DNA of 64,000 nucleotides from assembly GCA_963666055.2 (NCBI GenBank), contig CAXWPH010000002.1, positions 256,001 through 320,000 on the forward strand, read 5' to 3'. The position numbers were made by a program, and so were the translations under genes. The stretch comes from Acidobacteriota bacterium. GTDB lineage: Bacteria; Acidobacteriota; UBA890; WLXD01. This document shows, piece after piece, positions 20,197 to 29,565 of this stretch (position 1 is the first letter of the stretch; every line of letters starts with the position of its first letter). The notes beneath the pieces were generated by a model. The model saw only the letters and a program-made list of their open reading frames with translations, was not told where the DNA came from and searched no databases.

Positions 20197-20760
20197 ATGC
20201 GATTGACGCGGCTGTACACGCGCAACGGCGACGGCGGCACGACACGGCTCGCCACCGGGGTCGATGTTCGCAAGGATTGTTCGCGGGTGGTGGCATACGG
20301 CGAAGTGGATGAGCTCAATTCCCACATCGGAAGCGCGCTTGCCGTCGGCGTCGTGCCGCGACTGGGCGTCGAGCTGCAGCGATTGCAGAACGAGTTGCTC
20401 GATCTGGGAGGTGATCTGGCCACGCCCCTCGACGCCGAGATCGACTTTGTCGTGCCGCGCATCCAGGCGACGCAGGTGGCCCGGTTGGAGGCCTCGATCG
20501 ACGAGCTCAACGAGGTAACCGGCGCCCTGGAGAATTTTGTCTTACCGGGGGGCGCGCCGGGCTCAGCCGCCCTTCACGTTGCTCGCACCGTCTGCCGACG
20601 AGCCGAGCGAGCGGTGATAACGCTTGCCGCCGAAGGGGACGTCGGCGAGGTGGTGATTCCGTACTTGAATCGGCTGTCCGACCTGCTCTTCGCTATGGCG
20701 CGCTATGAGAATCACGAGCGCGGCGTGGCGGAGCCGCTCTGGAAGCCCGCCGGCGACTGA
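20197..20760 (+). CDS. pduO: ATP:cob(I)alamin adenosyltransferase, PduO type
   Basis: LYTRNGDGGTT, AYGEVDELNS, ARTVCRRAER, YLNRLSDLLF. Confidence 0.93.
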   Translation: MRLTRLYTRNGDGGTTRLATGVDVRKDCSRVVAYGEVDELNSHIGSALAVGVVPRLGVELQRLQNELLDLGGDLATPLDAEIDFVVPRIQATQVARLEASIDELNEVTGALENFVLPGGAPGSAALHVARTVCRRAERAVITLAAEGDVGEVVIPYLNRLSDLLFAMARYENHERGVAEPLWKPAGD

Positions 20761-20830
20761 TCTGTAGCGCCGGGCGTGGCATGCGGCTTCGCCGTCAGGC
20801 GGAAACGCCATCCGCACTCAGCAATGATGT

Positions 20831-20856
20831 GGGGGGGGGGGGGGGGGGGGGGGGGG
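20831..20856. repeat. G26 homopolymer
   Basis: 26 consecutive G in an intergenic region. Confidence 0.95.
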
Positions 20857-20919
20857 TGGACAGGATTCGAGCGACATGTACGATGGGCGGACCCTCAGGC
20901 GGCTCCCCGCGGGGTGAGA

Positions 20920-21171
20920 ATGTTCTATAGACCTCGACTAGCGCACCGCGTATACGCCTGGGTACGCGGCTACTTCTGGATTCCCTGCCCGATCTGCAAG
21001 CGGGGCTTCGGCGAGCACGAGTGGCTTCCCGGCAACGAGCTGTGGCTCACCGAGCGTGATTCCGTGGCTGTTTGTCCGGACTGCGGCCCAGAGGCAATCG
21101 AGACCAATCGTGAGCGCGGCTTCCCGCCGACAGATCGACCGGCCGACGGCGGAAAGTCATCGATCTACTGA
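20920..21171 (+). CDS. Small hypothetical CxxC..CxxC (zinc-ribbon-like) protein
   Basis: GYFWIPCPICKRGFGEHEW...VCPDCG; GGGGTGAG upstream of ATG. Confidence 0.55.
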   Translation: MFYRPRLAHRVYAWVRGYFWIPCPICKRGFGEHEWLPGNELWLTERDSVAVCPDCGPEAIETNRERGFPPTDRPADGGKSSIY

Positions 21172-21180
21172 GGCGGCCTG

Positions 21181-21780
21181 CTAGTCGATTGCGGCTCCGT
21201 CGAGCAGTCGATCGATGAGGACTCGGAGCTCCTCGTGCTTGGTCGGGACGGCACCGATCCAACGCTTGCGGACTTGCCATTCCGAATCGATTAGCAGCGT
21301 CGTTGGGAGTCCCCATAGCGGGCCGAACCGCTCTTCGAACTCGGCCGTACCCATGACTACCGGGTAGTCGACGCGGAAGCGGTCGCTGCTTACGAATTGC
21401 TCCACGGTGGGCGCGCTGCCAGACTGCACGGCAACGCCTATCACCTCGACGTTGCGGGCACGGTACTCGTTGTAGAGCTTGTTGTAGCGTGGTATCTCGG
21501 TCAGGCAGGGTCCACACCAGGTGGCCCAGACGTCGAGAACGACTACTCGGCCCCGGAGGCTCGACGAGCGTATCGGGGTTCCGTCCAAGCGCTCGAGCAC
21601 AAACGGTGCGGCGGGTGACGGCTCATTCAACACCGCCTCCGCGGCCGCAGCGACGGCCGGATCCCCACCATACCCGGTGATTGCCAGCGACCACGCCACC
21701 AGGGCGACGGTTCCGGCGACGGCTACCGAGGAAACGAGGTTCGGTCGAGGCATGGGCACCAGCGGCGAGAAAAACGGCAT
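21181..21780 (-). CDS. TlpA/ResA family thiol-disulfide oxidoreductase
   Basis: LRGRVVVLDVWATWCGPC, GLPTTLLID; N-terminal membrane anchor. Confidence 0.9.
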   Translation of the reverse strand: MPFFSPLVPMPRPNLVSSVAVAGTVALVAWSLAITGYGGDPAVAAAAEAVLNEPSPAAPFVLERLDGTPIRSSSLRGRVVVLDVWATWCGPCLTEIPRYNKLYNEYRARNVEVIGVAVQSGSAPTVEQFVSSDRFRVDYPVVMGTAEFEERFGPLWGLPTTLLIDSEWQVRKRWIGAVPTKHEELRVLIDRLLDGAAID

Positions 21781-21843
21781 CCAGAGGCTGCTTTGCCGCT
21801 CCTCGCCAGTCGGTTTCCGATGACCGCGGAGATTCTCTGTTGC

Positions 21844-22179
21844 CTACCGCCAGTGCCGATACCCGTAGCGCCGGTAACCGTAGCTCCGGTACCCGTACGA
21901 TCGATAACCGTAGGAACGGTACCCGTATCGCCGTGGCGCATAACCGTAGGAGGACCGTCCCGCAACCAGGCGTGCACCATAGCCGTAGGAGCGGCCATAC
22001 CCATACCCACTGTAGAGCGGACGCCCGTAGTAGGCCACCGGCGGCAACCCTCCGCGGGCGTGTATCGAGTAGGGGATTGGCTGCCGGGGTCGCATACGGC
22101 GCTCGGCATAGGCACCGGTCTCGGTCGCGAATCCGGCCACCATCAGCAGCGCCGCCAGGATGATACTGAGCCTCTTCAT
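21844..22179 (-). CDS. Secreted Tyr/Gly/Arg-rich repeat protein
   Basis: AAGGAGG RBS; signal MKRLSIILAALLMVAGFATETGAYA; C-terminus RRYGYRSYGYRSYGYRSYGYRRYGYRHWR. Confidence 0.75.
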   Translation of the reverse strand: MKRLSIILAALLMVAGFATETGAYAERRMRPRQPIPYSIHARGGLPPVAYYGRPLYSGYGYGRSYGYGARLVAGRSSYGYAPRRYGYRSYGYRSYGYRSYGYRRYGYRHWR

Positions 22180-22296
22180 ACACGCCTCCTTGGCTGGGGA
22201 CGCGCACATCATACCCGGACAGGAGCGGATAGCGAGGGCCAACACCGGACTGGCGCTGCTGGCGACGGGCACGCCTCGGGCGGCTAGAATTCGTTT

Positions 22297-22704
22297 ATGA
22301 TCCATCGCTTGGCGACGCGCGCCCCGAATACAGGGCTGCACGAGATCACCGCCGATGTGGAAGCCGCCGTACGCGCGGCAGGCATCTCCGAGGGAATATG
22401 TACTCTGTTCGTGCGCCACACCTCGGCGAGTCTGACGATCCAGGAGAACGCCGATCCTTCAGCCCGTCGCGATCTGGAGGCGTGGCTCGAGCGGCTCGTT
22501 CCCGAGGGCGATCCGCTCTACACGCATACGGCCGAGGGCGCCGACGACATGCCGGCGCACGTCAAGGCGGCGCTGACCGCCACCTCGCTGTCGATTCCCG
22601 TGCTCGGTGGACGTCTCGGTCTCGGTAGGTGGCAAGGAATCTATCTTTGGGAGCATCGACGACCGCCGCGGGAGCGCGAGATCCTGATCCACGTCGGCGA
22701 CTAG
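22297..22704 (+). CDS. yjbQ: YjbQ (UPF0047) secondary thiamine-phosphate synthase family
   Basis: HTSASLTIQENADP, HTAEGADDMPAHVK, LGRWQGIYLWEHR. Confidence 0.92.
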   Translation: MIHRLATRAPNTGLHEITADVEAAVRAAGISEGICTLFVRHTSASLTIQENADPSARRDLEAWLERLVPEGDPLYTHTAEGADDMPAHVKAALTATSLSIPVLGGRLGLGRWQGIYLWEHRRPPREREILIHVGD

Positions 22705-22741
22705 CAACCAGACCCACCACACCTTCACCACGGCCTGCTAG
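22701..22741. mobile_element. Collapsed MITE remnant between convergent stops
   Basis: CTAGCA followed by a near-complete right TIR and CTAG; both flanking genes end in TAG inside the CTAGs. Confidence 0.8.
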
Positions 22742-23889
22742 CCACTCGCCGCTGCGGCCGCCTCCACGGCGCGCATCACGCGCAGGAAGTTACCGCCGGC
22801 GATCCCGCGTAGCTCGTCGTTGCCATAACCGCGGCGCACCAGCTCGACGAATAGGTCAGGGAACTTGGACACGTCCTCGAGACCCTCGGGGACCTCCTCG
22901 ATGCCATCGAAGTCGGATCCTATGCCGACGTGCTCGGCGCCCATGATCGCGCATAGATGGTCAATGTGGTCAGCTACCTCGCCGAGCGTTGCGTGCGTCG
23001 CCGCATGGTCGACGTCCCAGGCGGCTAGTTGGCGCTCGCGCTGCCCGGCATCGTCCGGGTGTAACTCCATCAGACGGGCCTTCCAACCTGTCCGGCTGGC
23101 GCGGTGCTCCAGCACCCGAGCCGAGACGAAGTAGGGGACGAACGTGGCCATTACGATGCCGCCACCGTCGCGCAGCATCCGCAGCACATCATCGGGGACG
23201 TTGCGCGGGTAATCGTTGATCGCGGCGGCGCCTGAGTGTGTGCACGCGACCGGCGCCCTCGACGCATCGATTGTCTGGCGCATGGTATCGGCGGAGGCGT
23301 GCGACAGATCGATCAGCATCCCGAGATCGTTCATACACGCGACCACCTCACGCCCGAAATCCGTGAGGCCGCCGTGCACCGGATCCAGGCGACAGCAGTC
23401 AGCCCAGTCAGTGTGCACGTTGTGAAGCAGCGTCATGTACCGGGCGCCGGCTCGGTAGGCAAGCCGCAGGGCAGCCAGGGAGTTCTCGATACCGTGGCCG
23501 CCCTCGACGGCGATCAGCGACGCGATCTTGCCGTCGGCATGGATACGCTCGATGTCATCGGCGCAGAAAGCCGGCTGCAGGGTGTCCGGATAGGCCGATG
23601 CGAGTCGCGCGGCCACCTCGATCTGTTCGAACATCACCCGCGCGGCCCCCGCGCCCGCCAGCTCGAACGGCACGTAGGCAGCCCAGAACTGCGCTCCGAC
23701 GCGGCCGGCTCGCAGACGCTTGAGATCGGTGTGCATTGGGGGCTCGAGCGCGCTCGTGTCCTCGAAGTCGAAGCGATCCAGGTCGTTGCCGACGCGTTGG
23801 CGCAGCTGATACGGGACGTCGTTGTGTCCCTCGACGAACGGCGATTCGGCCAGTAGTCGGAGGACGCGTTGTCTGATCTCTTCGCTCAT
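22738..23889 (-). CDS. Membrane dipeptidase (peptidase M19)
   Basis: EGHND, VGAQFW, VEGGH, DLSH, THS, VGIGSDFDG. Confidence 0.93.
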   Translation of the reverse strand: MSEEIRQRVLRLLAESPFVEGHNDVPYQLRQRVGNDLDRFDFEDTSALEPPMHTDLKRLRAGRVGAQFWAAYVPFELAGAGAARVMFEQIEVAARLASAYPDTLQPAFCADDIERIHADGKIASLIAVEGGHGIENSLAALRLAYRAGARYMTLLHNVHTDWADCCRLDPVHGGLTDFGREVVACMNDLGMLIDLSHASADTMRQTIDASRAPVACTHSGAAAINDYPRNVPDDVLRMLRDGGGIVMATFVPYFVSARVLEHRASRTGWKARLMELHPDDAGQRERQLAAWDVDHAATHATLGEVADHIDHLCAIMGAEHVGIGSDFDGIEEVPEGLEDVSKFPDLFVELVRRGYGNDELRGIAGGNFLRVMRAVEAAAAASG

Positions 23890-24032
23890 CGTGGGGCTGT
23901 GCCGGGCTGCGGCGTTACGGTACGGGTGCCCAACAGGGAAGGTAGGCTACAACGAACCCAGGGAGCTCGACGCAGACCGCCATGCTTGCTCCGGCAGCTC
24001 GCGGTGCGCGGCATCTACCGAGTGAGGAACGC

Positions 24033-24704
24033 ATGACCGAGCGGGAGGACTTCGTGCCGCTGCCGGCGTATGAAGAGTACCCGGCGGAGGAGATGCGCCG
24101 GCGGGCGCGCGCCTTCTTCGAGAACCTCTCGCGCCGCCGCACGGTGCGGGAGTTTGACTCGCGTCCGCCACCGCCAGACGTGATCGACGACTGCATCCGC
24201 GCCGCCGGCACCGCGCCGAGCGGCGCCAATATGCAGCCCTGGCATTTCGTCGTGGTGACCGATCCAGAGATCAAGCGCCAGGTGCGCAAGGCCGCCGAGG
24301 AGGAGGAGCGAGAGTTTTACACCCAGCGTGCTCCCCAGGAGTGGCTGGATGCGCTGGCACCCCTGGGCACCAACGAGCACAAGCCCTTCCTCGAGGAAGC
24401 TCCAGCGCTTATTGCGGTGTTCGTGGAGCGCTGGGGCTTGCTACCCGATGGGCGTAAGGTGAAGCACTACTACGCTCTCGAGTCGGTCGGTTTGGCCACC
24501 GGCATGCTGATCGCGGCGGTGCACGAGGCCGGCTTGGTGTCGCTCACCCATACCCCGAGCCCAATGGGGTTCTTGAAAGAGATCCTCGGGCGGCCCGACA
24601 ACGAGAGCGCGTTCCTGATCTTGGTGGTGGGGTATCCAGCCGACGACTGCCGCGTCCCCGATATCGGCCGCAAGCAGCTCGACGAGTTTCGCACCACGGT
24701 CTGA
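24033..24704 (+). CDS. Nitroreductase family, iodotyrosine deiodinase-like
   Basis: [65 protein letters not shown]. Confidence 0.88.
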   Translation: MTEREDFVPLPAYEEYPAEEMRRRARAFFENLSRRRTVREFDSRPPPPDVIDDCIRAAGTAPSGANMQPWHFVVVTDPEIKRQVRKAAEEEEREFYTQRAPQEWLDALAPLGTNEHKPFLEEAPALIAVFVERWGLLPDGRKVKHYYALESVGLATGMLIAAVHEAGLVSLTHTPSPMGFLKEILGRPDNESAFLILVVGYPADDCRVPDIGRKQLDEFRTTV

Positions 24705-24708
24705 CCCC

Positions 24709-25728
24709 TCAGGCCGCCGCCTCCTGTCCCTCGACGGCGGCGGAATAGTCGCCACTGCGCGCCAACCCGTTGCAATGCGCGCGATGGGTGAAAGCGTGTT
24801 GCGTGGCCTCCGCGTTCTCGGCTTTTCCGTCCCAGGCCTTCAAGGCCGACGCCTGCAAGGCACGTCCGAACGAAAAGCTGAGCTCCCATGGTTGTGACCC
24901 ACGGCGGTTCATGGCGTTGAGGAAGTCGGTGGCGTTCACCTCCGACAAACCGCCAGACAGGAACACGATGCCTGGAACGGCACCCGGCACGGTGCGCCTG
25001 AGGGTGCGAATGGTTGCCTCGGCGACGGCGTCTCGATCGGCCTGTACAGGGCACTGATCGCCGGATACGACCATGTTGGGCTTCAACAACGTACCCTCGA
25101 GCTCAACGCGCTGAATGTGGAGCTGATGATAGACCTCGGCGAGCGTCGCCTCGGTCACCGCGGCGCAGCGCTCGATGGTGTGATCGCCGCTCATCAGCAC
25201 CTCCGGCTCGACGATCGGCACCATGTTGGCCTCCTGGGTCAACGCCGCGAAGCGCGCCAGTCCGTGCGCGTTGGCCTCGATGCACGTGCGGCTCGGGATG
25301 CCATCGCCGATGGTGATGACGGCGCGCCACTTGGTGAATCGTGCCCCCAGCTCGTAATACTCGGAAAGCCGCTCGCGGAGGCCGTCAAGGCCCTCGGCCA
25401 CCTTCTCGCCGGGGCATCCCGCAAGATCCTTGGCGCCCTTGTCGACCTTGATGCCGGGCACGATGCCCTGGTCCGTCAGCAGCTTGGAAAACGGCACGCC
25501 GTTGTCGCTGCACTGGCGTAGCGTTTCGTCGAAGAGAATCACCCCGCCGATGTACGGGGCGGCGCCGGCTGAGGTGAACAGTAGCTGCCGATAGAATCGA
25601 CGGTTGTCCTCGTTCGACTCGACGCCGATCGAATCGAAGCGCTTCTTGATCGTGGGCGCGCTCTCGTCGGCGGCGAGGACCCCCTTCTGCGGCGCGACGA
25701 TTTGCTTCGCGATATCTGCCAAGCTCAT
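24709..25728 (-). CDS. Fructose-bisphosphate aldolase class I
   Basis: KGVLAADES, GIKVDKG, FTKWRAV, VPIVEPEV, GTLLKPNMV, FLSGG, FSFGRALQ. Confidence 0.95.
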   Translation of the reverse strand: MSLADIAKQIVAPQKGVLAADESAPTIKKRFDSIGVESNEDNRRFYRQLLFTSAGAAPYIGGVILFDETLRQCSDNGVPFSKLLTDQGIVPGIKVDKGAKDLAGCPGEKVAEGLDGLRERLSEYYELGARFTKWRAVITIGDGIPSRTCIEANAHGLARFAALTQEANMVPIVEPEVLMSGDHTIERCAAVTEATLAEVYHQLHIQRVELEGTLLKPNMVVSGDQCPVQADRDAVAEATIRTLRRTVPGAVPGIVFLSGGLSEVNATDFLNAMNRRGSQPWELSFSFGRALQASALKAWDGKAENAEATQHAFTHRAHCNGLARSGDYSAAVEGQEAAA

Positions 25729-25939
25729 TCGGATGCCTCTTCGGACTCCATGCGTGGGAGTGGAAAGGGTAAGGGAAGCTCGATGGGTGAAATTTTGCGT
25801 GCCCTTGCCGGGGGTGTCAAACGACCATCGAACGGTACCTGAGATCGTCGGGGAGGCTGTCGCTCGGCGCGATGGCGCCTAGAATAACCCTCACCCGGCC
25901 GCGCGGCGGCCCCACCCCGAACAGCGCAGGAGACAGTCG

Positions 25940-26740
25940 ATGACCGAGCCCAGCTCCCCGAGCCCACCTCAGGATCCGTCGGCAGCTCCTGCGCCCGAAG
26001 CCAAGAAGAAGGGGATCAGCCCGCTGATGTGGGTGCTGATCATTCTCGGCAGCATCTTCGCGCTCACCATGGGTGCTTGCGTGGCCTGCGGCCTGGTTGT
26101 GACGCAGATGGGACGCGAGATAGCTCGCGACTTCGAGACCAATCCCGCCAAGGCAATGGCCGAGCTGGCGGTACGGGTCAACCCCGAGATCGAGCTCGTC
26201 GACAGCGATGACGATGCCGGCACCATGACGGTGCGCAACAGGGAGACCGGCGAGGAATTCACGCTGAACTTCGAAGACATCGCCGAGGGCCGCTTCTCGA
26301 TCACCAGCGATGACGGCGAGCTGTCGTTCGATACGGACGCCGACGGCGGCGGCGTTACCGTGACCGGAGTCGACGGAGCCGTCTCACGCGTCGGCGCCCT
26401 CGGCGACGAGGATCTTCCCGAATGGATGCTGCTGTATCCGAGCGCCGCGATCTCGCCGGGCGGTTTTCGCGGTGCCACGGCCGAGGGCGTCGCCGGCGCA
26501 TTCCAGATGAGCACCGACGACGCCTGCTCGCAGGTAAACGGCTACTTCATCGAGGCGCTCCCGGAGGCCGGATTCGGCATCGTCTCGTCCGCCTCGTCGA
26601 TTGGTGCCGCCGCGGCTAACAGTGTGATGGTCATGCTGCAAGCAGCCATGGACGACCCCGAGCGCTCCGTGACGATCACCATGATTGATACTGATACCGG
26701 TGCGTGCACCATCAGCGTCCAATACGGCGGAGCACCTTAG
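25940..26740 (+). CDS. Hypothetical single-pass membrane protein
   Basis: KKKGISPLMWVLIILGSIFAL TM segment followed by acidic extracellular domain; CAGGAG RBS. Confidence 0.7.
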   Translation: MTEPSSPSPPQDPSAAPAPEAKKKGISPLMWVLIILGSIFALTMGACVACGLVVTQMGREIARDFETNPAKAMAELAVRVNPEIELVDSDDDAGTMTVRNRETGEEFTLNFEDIAEGRFSITSDDGELSFDTDADGGGVTVTGVDGAVSRVGALGDEDLPEWMLLYPSAAISPGGFRGATAEGVAGAFQMSTDDACSQVNGYFIEALPEAGFGIVSSASSIGAAAANSVMVMLQAAMDDPERSVTITMIDTDTGACTISVQYGGAP

Positions 26741-26769
26741 GCTGCACCTCCGTGGCGGGTCCGCGGGGG

Positions 26770-27750
26770 CTAGCTGGCGGCGGACAGTGCCCGCTCGGCG
26801 GCTCCGAAGAGCGCGGCGCGCGGCTCCAGGATGACGCCAACGGGTACCTTGCGAACCAGCGGCTCGAAGCGACCTTTGCTTGCGAAGGCGTCGAGGAACA
26901 TCGGACGGCGCAGCGCCGGGAGGATTCGTGGCGGAATGCCTCCGCCGAGGTAGATGCCACCCGTCGCCACAACTTGCAACGCCAGATTCCCCGCCGCCGC
27001 CGCCAACATCGCCACGAAGGTGTCTAGAGCCAGAGCGCACACTTCGCAGGTCTCCGACAGCCCGGACTGCAAGATCACCGGGGTGGCGTCGTCGGCCGCT
27101 GCCAGCGCCGCCGCGACGTCTTGGTTCGCCAAACCTCGACCAGACACCGACAGGAAGTCGTACAGCAACGGCATGCTGCTGCCCGAGCAGGCGCGCTCCA
27201 GGCTCACGTGCCCGAATCGCTGACGCAGAAATATCAGATACTCGGTCTGCAGCTCGCCATTGGGGGCGAAGTCCGTGTGGCCGGCCTCCGAGGCCACCGC
27301 GACGGCTCCGGCGGCGGTGCGAACCAGGATTGCCTCGCCGATCCCGGTGCCTGGGGCGACGATTCCGATCACGCCGTTCGAAGACGCCGGCACGTCGTGC
27401 AACATCTCGATCTCGCCGTCGTTCAGGTACGGCACGAACGTCGCGGTGGCTTCGAGATCGTTCATCAGCTCCAGCGGCCCGTCGATCGCCGCCAAGAGCG
27501 GTCCGTGCTCGATGTCCCACGGTAGGGTGGAGCCCGGGGTACGGTCACCGACCACCGGCCCGGCAACTGCCAGCATGCCGCCATCGACGCGCTGCCCGTC
27601 GAGGAATTCACATACCAGCGCTTCGGCGCTGTTGTAGCTCGATGTCGCCAAGCTCTCGGTTCGCACCGGTGCACGCGGTCCGCGCTCGGGGGTGAACAAC
27701 CCCAGTAGGCTCTTGGTGCCGCCGATGTCGCCAGCCAGATAGATCGCCAT
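26770..27750 (-). CDS. glk: Glucokinase
   Basis: LAGDIGGTK, MNDLEA, APGTGIGEA, SEAGH, SLERACSG, GGIYLGGGI, KGRF. Confidence 0.93.
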   Translation of the reverse strand: MAIYLAGDIGGTKSLLGLFTPERGPRAPVRTESLATSSYNSAEALVCEFLDGQRVDGGMLAVAGPVVGDRTPGSTLPWDIEHGPLLAAIDGPLELMNDLEATATFVPYLNDGEIEMLHDVPASSNGVIGIVAPGTGIGEAILVRTAAGAVAVASEAGHTDFAPNGELQTEYLIFLRQRFGHVSLERACSGSSMPLLYDFLSVSGRGLANQDVAAALAAADDATPVILQSGLSETCEVCALALDTFVAMLAAAAGNLALQVVATGGIYLGGGIPPRILPALRRPMFLDAFASKGRFEPLVRKVPVGVILEPRAALFGAAERALSAAS

Positions 27751-27765
27751 GTCGGGCGGATCCTA

Positions 27766-27836
27766 GCAGGCCATGGTGGAAGTCTGTCGGGCCGTAGCCC
27801 TGTAGCCAGGTCCGCCACACTTCCACCACCGACTGC
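27766..27836. mobile_element. Internally deleted mini-MITE (degenerate TIR pair)
   Basis: CTAGCAGGCCATGGTGGAAGT... and ...CCGCCACACTTCCACCACCGACTGC match both ends of the family. Confidence 0.7.
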
Positions 27837-27969
27837 TTGCGACCCTCGCCGTCGAGCGAGCCGGATCTAGGCTTCGGGCGAGCAACTGGTCGCCGACCCC
27901 GGGAGCGGTATCCTTGCTCGCGCAGCCACTCCCCCCAGTTTGCCTTCGTTCCGCTTGCAGCGCATCGCC

Positions 27970-29565
27970 ATGAATGGACGCCCCGAGTACGACGCCATCA
28001 TCATCGGTAGCGGCTTCGGTGGCGCCTGCACTGCGGACGTGCTGGTTCGGGCCGGCAAGCGCGTGCTGATGCTCGAGCGCGGCGACTGGGTCCCCCGGGG
28101 GCCCCACAACTGGGAACCCGACGGCTCGCTCGACCTGACGCCTTACTACTCGAAGGAAACTCCGTACGAAGTGGCGCCGGGGAGCGACTCCACCGCGTCG
28201 CTGCTGGACCGGCTAGTAACCGGGCGCACCAAGGCGAAGGAGGTGGGGGGCTACTATTGCGTCGGCGGTCCGTCGGTGTTCTACGGGGCGGTCTCACTTC
28301 GCCTGCGGACTGAGGACTTCGAGCCCGCCGCCGAGGTCTGCGGTGACTCGGGCGCCGAGTGGCCCTACGGCTACGAGGAGATCGAGCCCTACTACGCCGC
28401 TGCCGAGCGTCTCCTGGGTGTAGCCGGGGTTGCCGGCGAAGATCCCACCGAGCCGCCACGTTCGAGTCCGTATCCCGCCGCGCCGGATGAGCTCTCCGAC
28501 ACCTCGAGGATGATCGCCGCCGCCGCCGAGCGCCTCGGCCTGCGGCCGTTCCGATTGCCCCTGGCGATCAACTACGAGGCCACCGATGCACGCGCCGGCT
28601 GCGTTGCCTGTACGACATGCGACTCTTTTGCCTGCGCCATCGGTGCCAAGAACGACATTGCCACGCGCGTGCTGCCGCCTTTGCTCGCCGCCGGATTGGA
28701 GCTGCGCTCCGCAACCGTCGTCAAGCGGCTGGTGCGCAACGGCTCGCGCATCAGCGGCGTCGAGTGCGTCGATCGCGCCAGCGGCGAGGCGCTGGTGTTT
28801 CACGCCGAGCAGATCGTTCTCGCTGCTGGAGCGCTGGCGTCGCCCCTGCTGCTGCTGGCCTCTGGGCTGGAGCAGCTGAATCCCGGCGGCGACGTCGTGG
28901 GGAGGTACCTGACACGACACTCCAACGCCATCGAGTTCGGCCTCTTCCGCCGCCAGGTAAATCCGCGCCAGCAGTTCCACAAGCAGCTCGGCATCCACGA
29001 CTTCTATTTCGGGCACCCGCAGGTGAGCGATCCACCTGGCAAGCTCGGCGGCATCCAGCAACTGCAGTCACCGCCCGTCGGTCTGGTCAAGGCACACCTG
29101 CCTCCTGTGGTCGGCGGGATCGTCGGCGCACTGCTGATTCCGCGTACGACCGGCCTGCTGGTGATGGCCGAGGACGAGCCTCGCGCCGACAACCGGGTAA
29201 GCATCAAGCGCTCGCGACCGGGGCGCTTCGGCCTACCCCGGGCGGTGATCCAGCATGCCTATACCGAGCGCGACTTGGCAGCGCGCGATGCTCTGCTCAA
29301 GCAGTCACGGCGCATTCTGCGTGAGGCCGGAGCCATGTGGACCTATTCCCACTACATCCATACGTTCTCCCATGCCGCCGGCACCGTCCGTATGGGGAAC
29401 GATCCGGCAACTTCGGCCCTCGACGCGCACTGTCGATTTCGTGGCATCGACAATCTGCGTGTCGTCGATGCGAGCTTCATCCCCGCCGCCGGCGGCTTGA
29501 ACCCCAGCTTGACCATCGCCGCGAACGCACTCAGAGTAGGCGAGCATCTTGTCCGCGGCCTCTGA
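27970..29565 (+). CDS. GMC family FAD oxidoreductase
   Basis: IIGSGFGG, VGGPSVFYGA, CVACTTCDSFAC, SHAAGTVRMG, VVDAS, NPSLTIAANALR. Confidence 0.92.
   Translation: MNGRPEYDAIIIGSGFGGACTADVLVRAGKRVLMLERGDWVPRGPHNWEPDGSLDLTPYYSKETPYEVAPGSDSTASLLDRLVTGRTKAKEVGGYYCVGGPSVFYGAVSLRLRTEDFEPAAEVCGDSGAEWPYGYEEIEPYYAAAERLLGVAGVAGEDPTEPPRSSPYPAAPDELSDTSRMIAAAAERLGLRPFRLPLAINYEATDARAGCVACTTCDSFACAIGAKNDIATRVLPPLLAAGLELRSATVVKRLVRNGSRISGVECVDRASGEALVFHAEQIVLAAGALASPLLLLASGLEQLNPGGDVVGRYLTRHSNAIEFGLFRRQVNPRQQFHKQLGIHDFYFGHPQVSDPPGKLGGIQQLQSPPVGLVKAHLPPVVGGIVGALLIPRTTGLLVMAEDEPRADNRVSIKRSRPGRFGLPRAVIQHAYTERDLAARDALLKQSRRILREAGAMWTYSHYIHTFSHAAGTVRMGNDPATSALDAHCRFRGIDNLRVVDASFIPAAGGLNPSLTIAANALRVGEHLVRGL

Noticed and set aside
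21857-21931. CRISPR-like or VNTR array
   Set aside because: 15-bp units are contiguous with no spacers and encode a peptide repeat; no cas genes
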